Part shown: positions 9,561 through 20,234 of the stretch, piece after piece
Layout of the letters: each line of letters starts with the position of its first letter
Position numbering within the stretch: the stretch's first letter is position 1
DNA from: an uncultured Nitrososphaerota archaeon
Lineage (GTDB): Archaea > Thermoproteota > Nitrososphaeria > Nitrososphaerales > CADDZS01
DNA: 64,000 bases
Reading direction: 5' to 3'
Assembly: GCA_963799845.1 (NCBI GenBank)
Contig: CAWCYI010000004.1
Coordinates: 1,600,001 to 1,664,000, forward strand
The notes under the pieces: model-generated
Databases searched by the model: none
Told to the model about the DNA's origin: nothing
Seen by the model: the letters and a program-made list of their open reading frames with translations, nothing else
Position numbers and translations under genes: made by a program

Positions 9561-10550
9561 ATGGCAGATGCAGTTATTGAGGATAAAGAAGTAACATGGA
9601 AAGTTCTTGATATTCCTGTATACGGAACCATAACGGCGCCAGCAGACAAAGAAGCGCGTTCAGCAGTCATCTTAGTAGCGGGTAGCGGTCCAACCGACAG
9701 GAACTGGTGCTCGCCTCTCTTGCCGGGAACAAACGGAAGCGCCAAATTATTGGCTGAAGCACTCGCAAGTCAAGGGTTTGTTACGTTGCGTTACGATAAA
9801 CTTGCCTCTGGCCCGCACGTCAAAGAGAACTTGTCCAAATTTGCTGGCAAACTCAGCATGCAAACCCACATGGACGAACTAGCAGGTGCAGTCAAAACGG
9901 TAGTTTCTGAAAAGTACGTCAACAAGGATAGTCTTTTTGCCCTAACCAACAGCGAAGGCGCAATTCACGCCGTAAATTACCAACTGCAGGCAAATGGTAA
10001 CCGCTTCAAAGGACTGGTACTGACTGGAGCTCCTGGAAGAGCGATTGGTGAACTGAGTCGCAGCCAAATCTTCAACCAAGCCAAGTCTCTATCAAACGCA
10101 GAAATCCTCATGAAACATTACGATGAAGCCATCGCAGAGTTTCTAGCCAGTGAACCAATAGTCATGGACTCATCTCTTCCCGAAGCCATAAGGCCGTTGC
10201 TGCGAAGCTTGGAGAATCCAACAAACCTACCGTTTAGCAGGGAATTGTGGAATTACAGTCTCCCAGAATACATCACAAAAGTTAACGAGCCTATGCTCGT
10301 GGTAATCGGCAAAAAGGACCTCCAAATTGACTGGAAAATAGATGGAGGGGCGTTGGAAAATGCAACCGCCCGAAAAACTACAGTGACGTTTGCCTATCCA
10401 GAAAACGCCAATCACGTCCTGAAGCATGAAGAAATGCCTGTTGAAAAACTCACTGCCGAATATGTCGGTTCGCATTATAATGCGCCAGACGCAGAACTTG
10501 ACAAAGAAGCCGCGAATGCCATCTTTAACTGGCTGACGAGTCAATCATGA
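9561..10550 (+). CDS. Alpha/beta hydrolase (serine aminopeptidase S33 / DUF3887-associated type)
   Basis: GSGPTDR, RYDK, nucleophile elbow TNSEG, KKDLQ, NHVLK. Confidence 0.85.
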   Translation: MADAVIEDKEVTWKVLDIPVYGTITAPADKEARSAVILVAGSGPTDRNWCSPLLPGTNGSAKLLAEALASQGFVTLRYDKLASGPHVKENLSKFAGKLSMQTHMDELAGAVKTVVSEKYVNKDSLFALTNSEGAIHAVNYQLQANGNRFKGLVLTGAPGRAIGELSRSQIFNQAKSLSNAEILMKHYDEAIAEFLASEPIVMDSSLPEAIRPLLRSLENPTNLPFSRELWNYSLPEYITKVNEPMLVVIGKKDLQIDWKIDGGALENATARKTTVTFAYPENANHVLKHEEMPVEKLTAEYVGSHYNAPDAELDKEAANAIFNWLTSQS

Positions 10551-10565
10551 AACGAATAAGCTACG

Positions 10566-10979
10566 TCACAATTCCTTTCCATGTTTTAGCAGAGTCCTGT
10601 CCATTTCATAACCCATTTTCTCAAAGAATTTCAGAGAACGATCATTCGACGCGTAAACCAGGGCGTTTACTTTCACGACCCCCTTTCTCTTCATCCTCCT
10701 CTCAACTTCTTTGACGAGCTTCGTCGCTACTCCAGATCTTTGATGGGAAGGGATAACTCCGAGATGATGTATCCAGCCTCTGCGGCCATCCCATCCGCCT
10801 AAAAGAGTACCGATTATTTTTCCATCACTATCCTCGGCAACAAGGAAGAGTTCAGGGTCTCGCCTGATCTTCATCCTTATATCGTCCCTGTCGTCGCCGA
10901 GAGTTTTCCTCAATCCGCTTTGCTTCCACACCGAGACTACCTCATCATAATCTTTAATGGAAAAATTTCTGATCTTCAA
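10566..10979 (-). CDS. GNAT acetyltransferase (YpeA-like)
   Basis: GWDGRRGW, HQRSGVA motif A, N..SLKFFEKMGY. Confidence 0.9.
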   Translation of the reverse strand: MKIRNFSIKDYDEVVSVWKQSGLRKTLGDDRDDIRMKIRRDPELFLVAEDSDGKIIGTLLGGWDGRRGWIHHLGVIPSHQRSGVATKLVKEVERRMKRKGVVKVNALVYASNDRSLKFFEKMGYEMDRTLLKHGKEL

Positions 10980-11041
10980 TTGACTTTCTAGAGAATGAGT
11001 TTATTTCGGGTCTGCTTTGCTCAGTTCGCGAAGGACAAAAA

Positions 11042-11974
11042 CTACTGAGAGGTAATTGCCGCCATCATCACGTGCTGAATCTTCAATGCCTCCTGTATAA
11101 TGATGGTCTTTATTGGTTCCTCGAACGCGCTTTTTGCCCAAACTATCATTACGATCTGGTACGTTAAGCTCCCCACGTCGACCGTCTCCACGTTCGATTT
11201 TTCAGAGTCGATTATGTCATACTTTTTCATCGATTCCAAGAATTTGGACTTGAAGATGTTGAAGTCCAGCCTCTTGTCGAGATCCATCCTCGCCCTAACT
11301 GTACGGAGATCAATCTTGGTGTGGTTGATCGCCATCGAGCCGATCACCACTGAATTCGAGAATACAGCTGGGGTGCCATCGTCCAGCGTCATTTTCATAT
11401 AAAAAACGCCGATGTCCCTGACAACTCCCGTAAAGCCGTTGATCATACTCTCGCGATTGTAAGTCCCGCCCATCAAGCTGTACGATGCCGTTGCGAGAGT
11501 TATCCTGTCCCCAATCTCGAAGGGCCTCGCAGCCAGTAAAGAAAGGCCGGCAAAGATGTTCCCGAGCACCTGTTGGGCAGCGAGTCCCAGGACGATTCCC
11601 GCAAAACCCGCACTTACAAGTACTCCAGTAAGGTTGAGTCCGTAGAGCGAAGAGATGATTGCTACGACAACTATCGCAGCGATAATGTAAAACAGATTCT
11701 TGATTCCGTGAGTCTTGGTGATTCCAATGGTCGGTTCGACTAATTTCTCCAGAATCGCCGTGAAGATCCTCACCCAGGCATAGCCGGCGATCACGACGAT
11801 GACGGCGTATAGTGGAAACAGATACGATGATGGGATGTACTCCTTGTTTCCCATGAAGTTAACGATTAAAGCAGTCGCTACGGCAAACGCGACAACCACT
11901 GCAAAGCCGGTGAGTTCCATTCGAATGGATTTCTTTGGTGCGCTCAACTTGTGAATAGTTTGAAAAGAGCTCAT
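11042..11974 (-). CDS. mscS: Small-conductance mechanosensitive channel
   Basis: GIVLGLAAQQVLGNIFAG, PFEIGDRI. Confidence 0.88.
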   Translation of the reverse strand: MSSFQTIHKLSAPKKSIRMELTGFAVVVAFAVATALIVNFMGNKEYIPSSYLFPLYAVIVVIAGYAWVRIFTAILEKLVEPTIGITKTHGIKNLFYIIAAIVVVAIISSLYGLNLTGVLVSAGFAGIVLGLAAQQVLGNIFAGLSLLAARPFEIGDRITLATASYSLMGGTYNRESMINGFTGVVRDIGVFYMKMTLDDGTPAVFSNSVVIGSMAINHTKIDLRTVRARMDLDKRLDFNIFKSKFLESMKKYDIIDSEKSNVETVDVGSLTYQIVMIVWAKSAFEEPIKTIIIQEALKIQHVMMAAITSQ

Positions 11975-12084
11975 AAAAAATATGATGCAAAAAATCCCCA
12001 GCTATATCGTGCTCCTTCTCGGTGCTGGCCTAGTCTCTGAGCAAAACTAATTTTAGAGGGGGATGTCACTCGAGTTACATTCCG

Positions 12085-13047
12085 ATGACCACAAACTCAG
12101 GAGCGTCTAATTCTCCACAGATCATCCCACAGCCCGTTGCTGCTCCGCTGACGCGCGCCGCGATCTTTCTGGTGGTAATGATAAAACTAGGTGACGAAAA
12201 CCGTGCGGCCGTGCGATCGTTGTGCAAGGATCTCGCCGGGCTCTTGCGGGCTGTGGGATTTCGCGATCTTGGAGGAAGCCTTTCCTGCGTGATGGGGTTT
12301 GGGTCCAACGCATGGGACCAATTATTTGGAGAGCCCCGACCTGCAGAATTACACGTTTTCCGGGAATTTCAAAGTGGAACTCGTTATGCCGTCTCCACGC
12401 CGGGCGACTTGCTTTTTCACATCCGCGCACAACACATGGATCTTTGCTTTGAGCTGGCGACTCAGATCATGGCTCGGCTCGGTGGCGCAGTTTCGCCCCA
12501 GGACGAGGTGCATGGCTTCCGATATTTTGACAGCCGCGATCTCATGGGCTTCGTAGATGGAACTGAGAATCCCAAAGATCAGGCAGCGATTGACGCTACT
12601 ATCGTAGGCGAGGAGGATGCCAGCTTTGCCGGCGGAAGCTACGTAATAGTGCAGAAGTATCTGCACGATCTTACCGCGTGGAATGCACTATCGACTGAAG
12701 CGCAAGAACGAGTCATCGGCCGCAAGAAGCTGTCTGACATTGAGCTGGACGACGCGGTCAAGCCAACCTCGGCGCACAGTGCTCTAACCACAATCAAAAA
12801 GGACGGCAAAGAAATCAAGATCCTCCGCGATAACATGCCCTTCGGTAACGTTGCCGTGGGTGATTTCGGCACTTACTTCATCGGTTACGCTCGCTCGCCC
12901 GGTACCACCGAACAAATGATAGAGAACATGTTCGTTGGCCGTCCGCCCGGCAACTACGATCGCATCTTGGATTATAGCCACGCAGTCACGGGCAATCTTT
13001 TTTTCGTTCCATCGGCAACATTCTTGGAAAAAGTGAATGGCGACTAG
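12085..13047 (+). CDS. Dye-decolorizing peroxidase (DyP, class B/P)
   Basis: GFVDGTEN, proximal His (SAH), ILRDNMPF, YVIVQKY. Confidence 0.95.
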   Translation: MTTNSGASNSPQIIPQPVAAPLTRAAIFLVVMIKLGDENRAAVRSLCKDLAGLLRAVGFRDLGGSLSCVMGFGSNAWDQLFGEPRPAELHVFREFQSGTRYAVSTPGDLLFHIRAQHMDLCFELATQIMARLGGAVSPQDEVHGFRYFDSRDLMGFVDGTENPKDQAAIDATIVGEEDASFAGGSYVIVQKYLHDLTAWNALSTEAQERVIGRKKLSDIELDDAVKPTSAHSALTTIKKDGKEIKILRDNMPFGNVAVGDFGTYFIGYARSPGTTEQMIENMFVGRPPGNYDRILDYSHAVTGNLFFVPSATFLEKVNGD

Positions 13048-13049
13048 GA

Positions 13050-13508
13050 TTATTTTGCAAGTCTGATCGGTACAAATTTCCATTTGATCTTCGGCGGCCG
13101 GACCGACGAACAAAGTGGTCCTCCCCTTTCATCCGTCAGACCAAGAACTCCTTCCAACACCAAGCCCTTCGAAATTGCGCACTTCACAGCATCAGGGTCA
13201 AGCGCTGACAAGTGAAGCTTTGCACGGCGAAACATTTCGAAGCTACCCTTAGTCCTGACCTCGCCCCAGCTCAGATAGAGGAACCTCTCTCCTTTTTTCC
13301 CGTGAACGAAGGGGCCTCGGTAATCTATATCTTCCGAATTCACCACATCTATCTTGAACTCGAATACCACTTCATTGGAATCACCCTGCACCGGATCGAC
13401 GACCTCTGTTTTGTCTTGCATCCCGACATACACGGGCTTTCGCTCCGCAAATCTAAGACCCGGTAAGTGATTACCAATGATCCGGACATTCAATTCTGAT
13501 TTATCCAA
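13050..13508 (-). CDS. DUF5990-like protein
   Basis: GPFVHG..GERFLYLSW, FRRAKL, GGP.CSSVRPP.I.W. Confidence 0.75.
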   Translation of the reverse strand: MDKSELNVRIIGNHLPGLRFAERKPVYVGMQDKTEVVDPVQGDSNEVVFEFKIDVVNSEDIDYRGPFVHGKKGERFLYLSWGEVRTKGSFEMFRRAKLHLSALDPDAVKCAISKGLVLEGVLGLTDERGGPLCSSVRPPKIKWKFVPIRLAK

Positions 13509-13664
13509 ATGCGATACCTCACCACCATGAAGAATGATTATCTGAAAAAACTAATTGGTGAGGAGTGTTCGATTCCTACATATCTTTAGCCTTCTACGGG
13601 AGGCGAATCAGGTAGCAATTTTAAGTCTTGGAAGAGTGCTTTCGACGAGGTGCAATAGACGGCA

Positions 13665-15293
13665 GTGCGATCTGGGGGAATCAAACCACAACGGCTCTGG
13701 GACATCTTGGAAAACGCTGCTTCTTCCCACGGGGATCGCATCGCAATTATCGAGCCGCGAGAAGACAAATCACCCGTCAGTATCAGTTACTCGGACCTCC
13801 TCTCCAAATCTAAGAGTCTCGCGCAGGGGCTCGCGTCTTTTGGTGTCAAAGGAGGTTCGCGGGTTGGGTGTTTTCTTTACAATGGCGCGGAGTTTGTCGA
13901 ACTCTGGTTTGCCGTGTCACTGCTCGGCGGAATCCTCGTACCTTTCAACACCGCCCTGAAAGGACTCTTGTTGGAGTATCAGATCAACGATAGTGAGATC
14001 TCGTTGTTGTTCGTTGATGCGAGGCTGAGCGGTTCAGTCCAAAATATCGGAACGAATACGATTCTTAGGAAGTTGATCTGGGTTGAGAAAGGAATCACGC
14101 AGCCGGGTACCTTCCACCGGACCGACTCAACATCATTTTCCGAGCTCCTTATTCATGGGGAAATCAGCCCCGCGCAGTTCGAACCAAATTTGTTGGATGA
14201 CATCCTGACCATCCTCTACACTTCGGGGACGACGGGAGATCCGAAAGGCGTCACTTTATCCCACAGGGCCTACTTGAATAGAACGAAAGAGATCTCAGAT
14301 CTTTTTGGGGCGCTCGACGGGGACATTTTCTTTAACGCACTCCCTTTGTTTCACACGTCGGGCCAGGTGATGACAACTCTTCCGGCCATCTGGAACTCGG
14401 GAACAGTGATAATTGAAGAATGGTTTCACGCCAGCAGGTATTGGAAGGATGCCGCTGCATTTGATGCAAAGTACTCTTTCCTCCTCATGACGATGATCAA
14501 CGTGCTGTTGAAGAGAAAGGAGGAATTTGTCCCCAACAAGCTGAAGCTCATGCTTTGCGGAGGGGCGACCGCCGAGATGTGGTCGGACTTTGAAAGAGCA
14601 TTTTCGATCAGGCTGTTCGAGGGGTACGGGATGACGGAAACCTGCGGGGTCGCTATATTCAATTCCAGGAAGGATTTTCGATCGGGCTCGATCGGGAAAC
14701 CTCTTCCCAGCGTGGACGTCGCAATTGAAGGCGAAGAAGATCATGAGTCGAAAAAACCAGATCTGAGGGGAGAAATCCTACTGCGCCCCATCATTCCAGG
14801 CACCATGATGATAGAGTACCTGAAGAAAAAAGAAGAAACGAGGAACGCCTGGAGAAACGGGTGGCTGCACACTGGAGACCTAGGTTACTTTGATCAAGAT
14901 GGGTTTGTTTATTTCATAGAAAGAAAGAAAGACATCATCAGGAGAAAGGGAGAAAACATCTCGCCCAGCGACATAGAGAAAGTGGTATCGACCCATGACA
15001 ATGTGTTGGAGTCAAGCGCTGTTGGAATAACCTCCGATCTTGGTGAGGAGGAGATAGCTCTCTTTCTCGTCGTGAGAGAAAAGTTTTCGGATATTGCTCC
15101 CTTTTTGAAGTGGCTCGATTCGCAGCTTCCCTATTACATGATGCCTTCAAAATTGAATTTCGTCGAGTCTCTTCCAAAGACGGCAAACTTCAAGATCCAG
15201 AGGAATCGGCTGCGCGAGGGCAGAATTCCGATAATCTTCAGCGTGGATGTTGCAAAAACAGGTTTCAAGGCAACGAAACCACTCGGACAGTAA
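13665..15293 (+). CDS. AMP-dependent acyl-CoA ligase (CaiC / crotonobetaine-carnitine ligase-like)
   Basis: YTSGTTGDPKG, YGMTE, TGDLG, RKKDIIRRKGENIS. Confidence 0.93.
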   Translation: MRSGGIKPQRLWDILENAASSHGDRIAIIEPREDKSPVSISYSDLLSKSKSLAQGLASFGVKGGSRVGCFLYNGAEFVELWFAVSLLGGILVPFNTALKGLLLEYQINDSEISLLFVDARLSGSVQNIGTNTILRKLIWVEKGITQPGTFHRTDSTSFSELLIHGEISPAQFEPNLLDDILTILYTSGTTGDPKGVTLSHRAYLNRTKEISDLFGALDGDIFFNALPLFHTSGQVMTTLPAIWNSGTVIIEEWFHASRYWKDAAAFDAKYSFLLMTMINVLLKRKEEFVPNKLKLMLCGGATAEMWSDFERAFSIRLFEGYGMTETCGVAIFNSRKDFRSGSIGKPLPSVDVAIEGEEDHESKKPDLRGEILLRPIIPGTMMIEYLKKKEETRNAWRNGWLHTGDLGYFDQDGFVYFIERKKDIIRRKGENISPSDIEKVVSTHDNVLESSAVGITSDLGEEEIALFLVVREKFSDIAPFLKWLDSQLPYYMMPSKLNFVESLPKTANFKIQRNRLREGRIPIIFSVDVAKTGFKATKPLGQ

Positions 15294-15328
15294 GTTAAGA
15301 TTGCCAAAAGCAGATCTTCGGTGAACCA

Positions 15329-16325
15329 TTGAATCAAGAATTGCTCATGGTCGAGGGGATAAGAATCGTCTTTCCCTCCAAAAAGGGCGAACTTGTAGTC
15401 TGTTGATAACATTGACCTAGATGTTGGAAAAGCTCAGACCGTCGGATTGGTTGGGGAATCCGGCTCCGGGAAGACGATCACAGGAAGGGCTGTCCTCAAC
15501 CTCGTTCCCAGTCCGGGCCAGATTAGGAATGGAAAAGTGATGTTCAAAGGAAGAAATTTACTCGAGCTCGGGCCCGATGAAATGCGACAAATCCGGGGCA
15601 AGGAGATCACTGCTGTCCAGCAAGATCCCTTGTCCGCACTGAATCCAGCATTCAAGGTCGAAACGCAGATGACCGACATTTTGATGCTCCACAAGAACCT
15701 CGACAAGTCTCATGCGGTTTCCGAATCAATAGACATACTTCGCGAGCTGGGAATAAATAATCCCGAGCTGGTCCTCAGGAAATATCCCCACCAGCTGAGC
15801 GGCGGCATGGCGCAAAGGATAATGATAGGAATCGCTTTCTCCTGCGGGCCCTCCCTTGTGATTGCTGACGAGCCAACGACCGCACTCGATGTGATCACAC
15901 AAGCTGGGGTGATTGAGCTCATGAGAAAGTTCCAGAAAAGATTGAATACTTCGATCCTCTTCATCACGCACAATCTGGGTCTCGCAGCAAAAGTCTGCGA
16001 CAAGATCGCCGTAATGTATGCGGGCAAGATAGTAGAGTTTGCCGACGCGGATGAGATTTTTCGTAACCCTAGTCACCCATACACACGAAATCTCCTCGCT
16101 TCAGTCCCCAAGATAACCGACCGCTCTAAAAAAATCCCTTCGATCCAAGGTGGAATGCCAGATCTGACCCATCCGCCAAAGGGATGCCGATTCTATTCGC
16201 GGTGTTCGATAAGGATGGACGCCTGCGCTGCATCCGAAATAAAGTTCGAAGAACTGGGTTCCATAGATAGCCCCCATAGAGCTCTATGCTTGAGGGCGCG
16301 TGAAGTTGGTGAGCTGATAGCTTGA
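15329..16325 (+). CDS. Peptide/nickel ABC transporter ATPase (OppD/DppD-type); +1 indel near 15400
   Basis: GESGSGKT, LSGGMAQR, DEPTT; N-terminal MNQELLMVEG in another frame. Confidence 0.92.
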
Positions 16326-17329
16326 GCGAGGCCCTCGTGGAAGTTCAGGGACTCAAGAAGTACTTCTATGCAAATACGGGAAAATTTCAAGACTTTTTCC
16401 TCAGAAAACGGAACGTGGTCAAGGCCGTAGACGGCGTAGATCTGAAGATTGGAAAAGGTGAATCATTTGGAATAGTCGGCGAAAGCGGTTGTGGTAAGAG
16501 CACGCTGGGCAGGACTGTGCTCAGGTTGTTAGAACCCACGGAAGGGAAAATATTCTTTCAGGGAAAGGAAATCACAAACATTTCCCAGAGCGAGATGCGT
16601 ACATACCGGAAAGACATGCAGCTCGTCCTGCAAAACCCTTACTCGTCGCTCAACCCCAGAAAGCGAGTGAAAGATATCCTGAGCGAGACATTGAAGTTTC
16701 ACGGATTCAGGGACACGACTGAAAAGTCAACGAGTGTCCTCGAGCTAGTCGGTCTGGAACCTGAATTCGGAGAGCGCTACCCTCACGAGATGAGCGGCGG
16801 GCAGCGACAGAGGATAGCGATCGCTAGGGCGATCTGCATCGAGCCTGAGCTTGTCGTGCTGGACGAAGTTACCTCGTCCCTCGATGTCTCCGTGCAGGGA
16901 CAGATAATCAACCTCCTCATTGACCTGAAGGACAAACTGGGTCTTTCGTACCTTTTCATATCACACGACCTTGCGGTCGTAAGGCACATCTGCGATCAAG
17001 TCGGGGTGATGTACCTCGGAAAGATCGTTGAAGAAGCTCCTTCGGATTCAATATTTTCAAAGACTCTGCACCCTTACACCCAGTCGCTGGTCTCCTCAAT
17101 CCCCTCTCCGGAAGTCGATTCCGAGTGGAATCCAACTCTTCCCAAAACGGAGCTTGAAAGCTCTCTCGGCGAAATAACTGGCTGCCGATTCAATCCGAGA
17201 TGCCCTTACGCTTTCGACAAGTGCAAGATCGAAGAACCTGAACTGACAACGAAAGGAGCCGACCATCCGGTATCGTGCCATCTATATACCAGCGGCCGAG
17301 TTCCGCCAATGAAACAGGAAGCGAACTGA
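16322..17329 (+). CDS. Peptide/nickel ABC transporter ATPase (OppF/DppF-type)
   Basis: GESGCGKS, MSGGQRQR, HPYT, C-terminal CRF.PRC. Confidence 0.93.
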   Translation: MSEALVEVQGLKKYFYANTGKFQDFFLRKRNVVKAVDGVDLKIGKGESFGIVGESGCGKSTLGRTVLRLLEPTEGKIFFQGKEITNISQSEMRTYRKDMQLVLQNPYSSLNPRKRVKDILSETLKFHGFRDTTEKSTSVLELVGLEPEFGERYPHEMSGGQRQRIAIARAICIEPELVVLDEVTSSLDVSVQGQIINLLIDLKDKLGLSYLFISHDLAVVRHICDQVGVMYLGKIVEEAPSDSIFSKTLHPYTQSLVSSIPSPEVDSEWNPTLPKTELESSLGEITGCRFNPRCPYAFDKCKIEEPELTTKGADHPVSCHLYTSGRVPPMKQEAN

Positions 17330-17334
17330 ATGCT

Positions 17335-18134
17335 CTAACGATTGAGAAATCCCAGAACTACCTTCGAGAATTCATCGGGCATTTGATCGACCATCGGGAC
17401 CATTCCGCCGGGGATCTCGACCATCTCGCATCCACTGATCCCGTTCACAATCTTCTTCAGATCGGGTAGCTGTACGGATCTTTCGTGCCGCACAGTGCGA
17501 GCGTAGGTGCTTTGATCAACGAAAGTTTCTCGGGAACGGGATACAAGGCAACGACGTGATGTCCCAACTCGATGTTTTCTTTCGCTTTTAGAGCATCTGT
17601 AACAAATCTGGTGAGAAGATCCGATCTATTCTTGGGATAAAAGGCCATCCTGATCTGCCACATTTCGGTCAGGTGCGAGCCGTCCTGTTTCAGTTCGACT
17701 TTATCAACGGGAGGTCTCGTGAGAATTTCGTTTCGGCGTTCTTCATCAACGTACGGGGCGGCAGAGAGTACCAGTTTATTCACACGCTCTGGATGCGAGG
17801 CTGCGATTTCAATTGCGATGACTGCCCCGGTATGATGGCCAACAACGTGAGCCCGCCTTATTCCAAGCGCATCCAGCAATTCAACGGCTGCTGTCCCAAA
17901 ATCCTCGACAGTTGTGTCGTTTGCAAGAGGCCTGTATGAATCTCCATAGCCTACTGTGTCCATTGCAACAACGCGAAAGTGTCTCGCAAATTCCGGTATG
18001 ACGTCCAGGAATTCGTCTGACGATCTTGGAGTCTGGTGCAGCATCAGGACGGCTTCTCCGCGACCAGCGGTCCGATAATGGATCTGGCCCGAAGGAGTGT
18101 CCGCAAAAGCGCGTTTTATTTCTACATGCGGCAT
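17335..18134 (-). CDS. Alpha/beta hydrolase fold protein with atypical elbow GHHTG; indel near 17460
   Basis: LHQTP, DTVGYGDS, GHHTG; continuation DLKKIVNGISGCEMVEIPGGMVPMVDQMPDEFSKVVLGFLNR to 17335. Confidence 0.85.
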
Positions 18135-18190
18135 TTTGATTCACCCGTTATAGCCCAACTATTAAGCTGATTTTAAGCGGGAGCCAAACA

Positions 18191-19105
18191 CTACCGCACA
18201 GTCTGAAGTCTCGGATCAAGCTGTTCCCTAATCCCGTCGCCAAAAAGATTCAGACCGACAATCACAGTCGCAACTACGACGAGTGTGATGAGTACAGGCC
18301 AGGGATCAAACTGCAGGTAAGGCAGCCCCTCTGCGATCATCGCTCCCCAGGAGACAACGCTGGTGGGAATCCCGATCCCCACAAAACTCAGCAACACCTC
18401 AACATAAATTGCGATGCTGATCTCAAGTGTTACGAGAACGGTAATGAGCGGCACCGTATTTGGCAGGACTTCGGATCTAATTATCTTGAATTTGCTGTAA
18501 CCGACCGATTCGGCTGCTGTGATGAAATCTTTTTCCCTTATGTTGAAAACTTCTCCGCGCACGACGCGAGCAAATCTCGTCCAGTCCACCACGACTATCG
18601 CGAGTATAACGTTGTTAATCGAGCTACCCAGGATCAGAATTAGAGCAATCGCGAGCAAAACGGGTGGTATCGACATCCACATGTCGACGACTCTCATCAC
18701 GACCGCGTCCAGGCGGCCCCTGAAGTATCCAGAAATGAGGCCTATGGGGGTTCCGATCAGGGCGACGAAAAACGCGCTTATAAGACCGATGTATGCCGCA
18801 ATCTGAAAGCCGTAAAGCAATCGGCTATAAATGTCCCTGCCCAGGCTATCCGTACCCAACGGATGGGCGCTTTGTCCGCCAGCCCATATTGGCAGCTTGT
18901 AGCTGTTCGTGAGATCTTGATGACTGGGATTCGTGCTTGCCAAAAGTGGACCGATGAGCGCCATGATCAATAATACCACCAGAACTATAAAGCCAAACGT
19001 AGTTCTCTTGTTACCTCTGATGAGCCCCAATAGGAAATCGAGTCTTGGAGTCGCCTTGTTTCGAGGCTTTTCCTTGCTCATTTCTTGCGCATCCGATTCC
19101 ATCAA
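18191..19105 (-). CDS. Peptide/nickel ABC transporter permease (OppC/DppC-type)
   Basis: HPLGTDSLGRD, EAA-like FITAAESVG, GDGIREQLDPR. Confidence 0.93.
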   Translation of the reverse strand: MMESDAQEMSKEKPRNKATPRLDFLLGLIRGNKRTTFGFIVLVVLLIMALIGPLLASTNPSHQDLTNSYKLPIWAGGQSAHPLGTDSLGRDIYSRLLYGFQIAAYIGLISAFFVALIGTPIGLISGYFRGRLDAVVMRVVDMWMSIPPVLLAIALILILGSSINNVILAIVVVDWTRFARVVRGEVFNIREKDFITAAESVGYSKFKIIRSEVLPNTVPLITVLVTLEISIAIYVEVLLSFVGIGIPTSVVSWGAMIAEGLPYLQFDPWPVLITLVVVATVIVGLNLFGDGIREQLDPRLQTVR

Positions 19106-19130
19106 ATTATGTCCAGCTCTCCTTCACAAA

Positions 19131-20138
19131 TTAACTTCCGTAACGGATCTTCGGATTGAAGTAAGAGTATAGCAAATCTACCACAAGATTGACAATAACG
19201 ACGACGAGCGCGTAAAACATCACCACCGCCTGGACCAGCGGAAGATCTTTGTAGGAGATCGCCGTGAATATCATGCTGCCCAATCCAGGCCATCCGAAGA
19301 TCAACTCGATAACAATGCTTCCTCCCATCAGAAAGGTGAACTGGACGCCGAGAATAGTCAGCGCCGGTATCATCGCGTTCTTTAGGGCACGTACGTAGAC
19401 GATATACGCTTCGCTCAGGCCCTTCATACGATCGGTCACGATATAGTCTTCATGCAGGACGTCGATCATACTAGATCTGACAGTCCTCTGAATGATCGCG
19501 GTCAGAACGAGGGCAAGGGCGAGAGCGGGGAGGATGAGGTGTTGAAGAACCGAGAAGAGAGCAGGAAGATTTCCGGTGATGATGCTATCAATTATCAGAT
19601 AACCCGTCACCTGATGCAAGTTGATGAATGGATCAATCTCGCCAGAAACCGGGAGGATCCGGAGATATGCCCCAAAAACCAGAATGAAAATTAGCCCCCA
19701 GACAAAATCGGGGATACCAAAAGCGAGGTACGAGAAAGATCTGGCAACGGTGTCTGATTTCGAGTTTTCCCTGAGAGCGGATAACACTCCTATTCCGACC
19801 CCAAGAATTAGGGCAATGACCACGGCTGAGATTACGAGCTCGATAGTCGCGGGAAGCTTTTCCAAGATTACATTCACGACCGGTTGGTTGTAGTACAGGG
19901 AAGTGCCGAAATTTCCCGACAGAACATCCTTGAGCCAGATGAAGTACTGTTGATAAAGCGGCAGATTTTCCCCGAGAGCTATTCTTTCAGCTTGTATCTG
20001 AGCCTGCGTCGCTCCGACCCCGACCATAAGCAGGGCAGGATCGCCCGGCATTACCCTGAAGAGAACGAAACCGATGATCGAGACGCCGAACAGGGGGAAG
20101 ATGCTGAACAGGATCCGCTTCAGGATATAGGTCAGCAT
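19131..20138 (-). CDS. Peptide/nickel ABC transporter permease (OppB/DppB-type)
   Basis: PGDPA, LPATIEL, E.IFGWPGLG, DLLY..FNPKIR. Confidence 0.93.
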   Translation of the reverse strand: MLTYILKRILFSIFPLFGVSIIGFVLFRVMPGDPALLMVGVGATQAQIQAERIALGENLPLYQQYFIWLKDVLSGNFGTSLYYNQPVVNVILEKLPATIELVISAVVIALILGVGIGVLSALRENSKSDTVARSFSYLAFGIPDFVWGLIFILVFGAYLRILPVSGEIDPFINLHQVTGYLIIDSIITGNLPALFSVLQHLILPALALALVLTAIIQRTVRSSMIDVLHEDYIVTDRMKGLSEAYIVYVRALKNAMIPALTILGVQFTFLMGGSIVIELIFGWPGLGSMIFTAISYKDLPLVQAVVMFYALVVVIVNLVVDLLYSYFNPKIRYGS

Positions 20139-20234
20139 CTTCGGTCACTTAGGCAGCAGATCAGCTCTTTCAGAGAGGTTTAGCCTCCATCCTTCCACTG
20201 CAGAATTTTTTGGAAAGAGGAAAGCCCCTTGATA

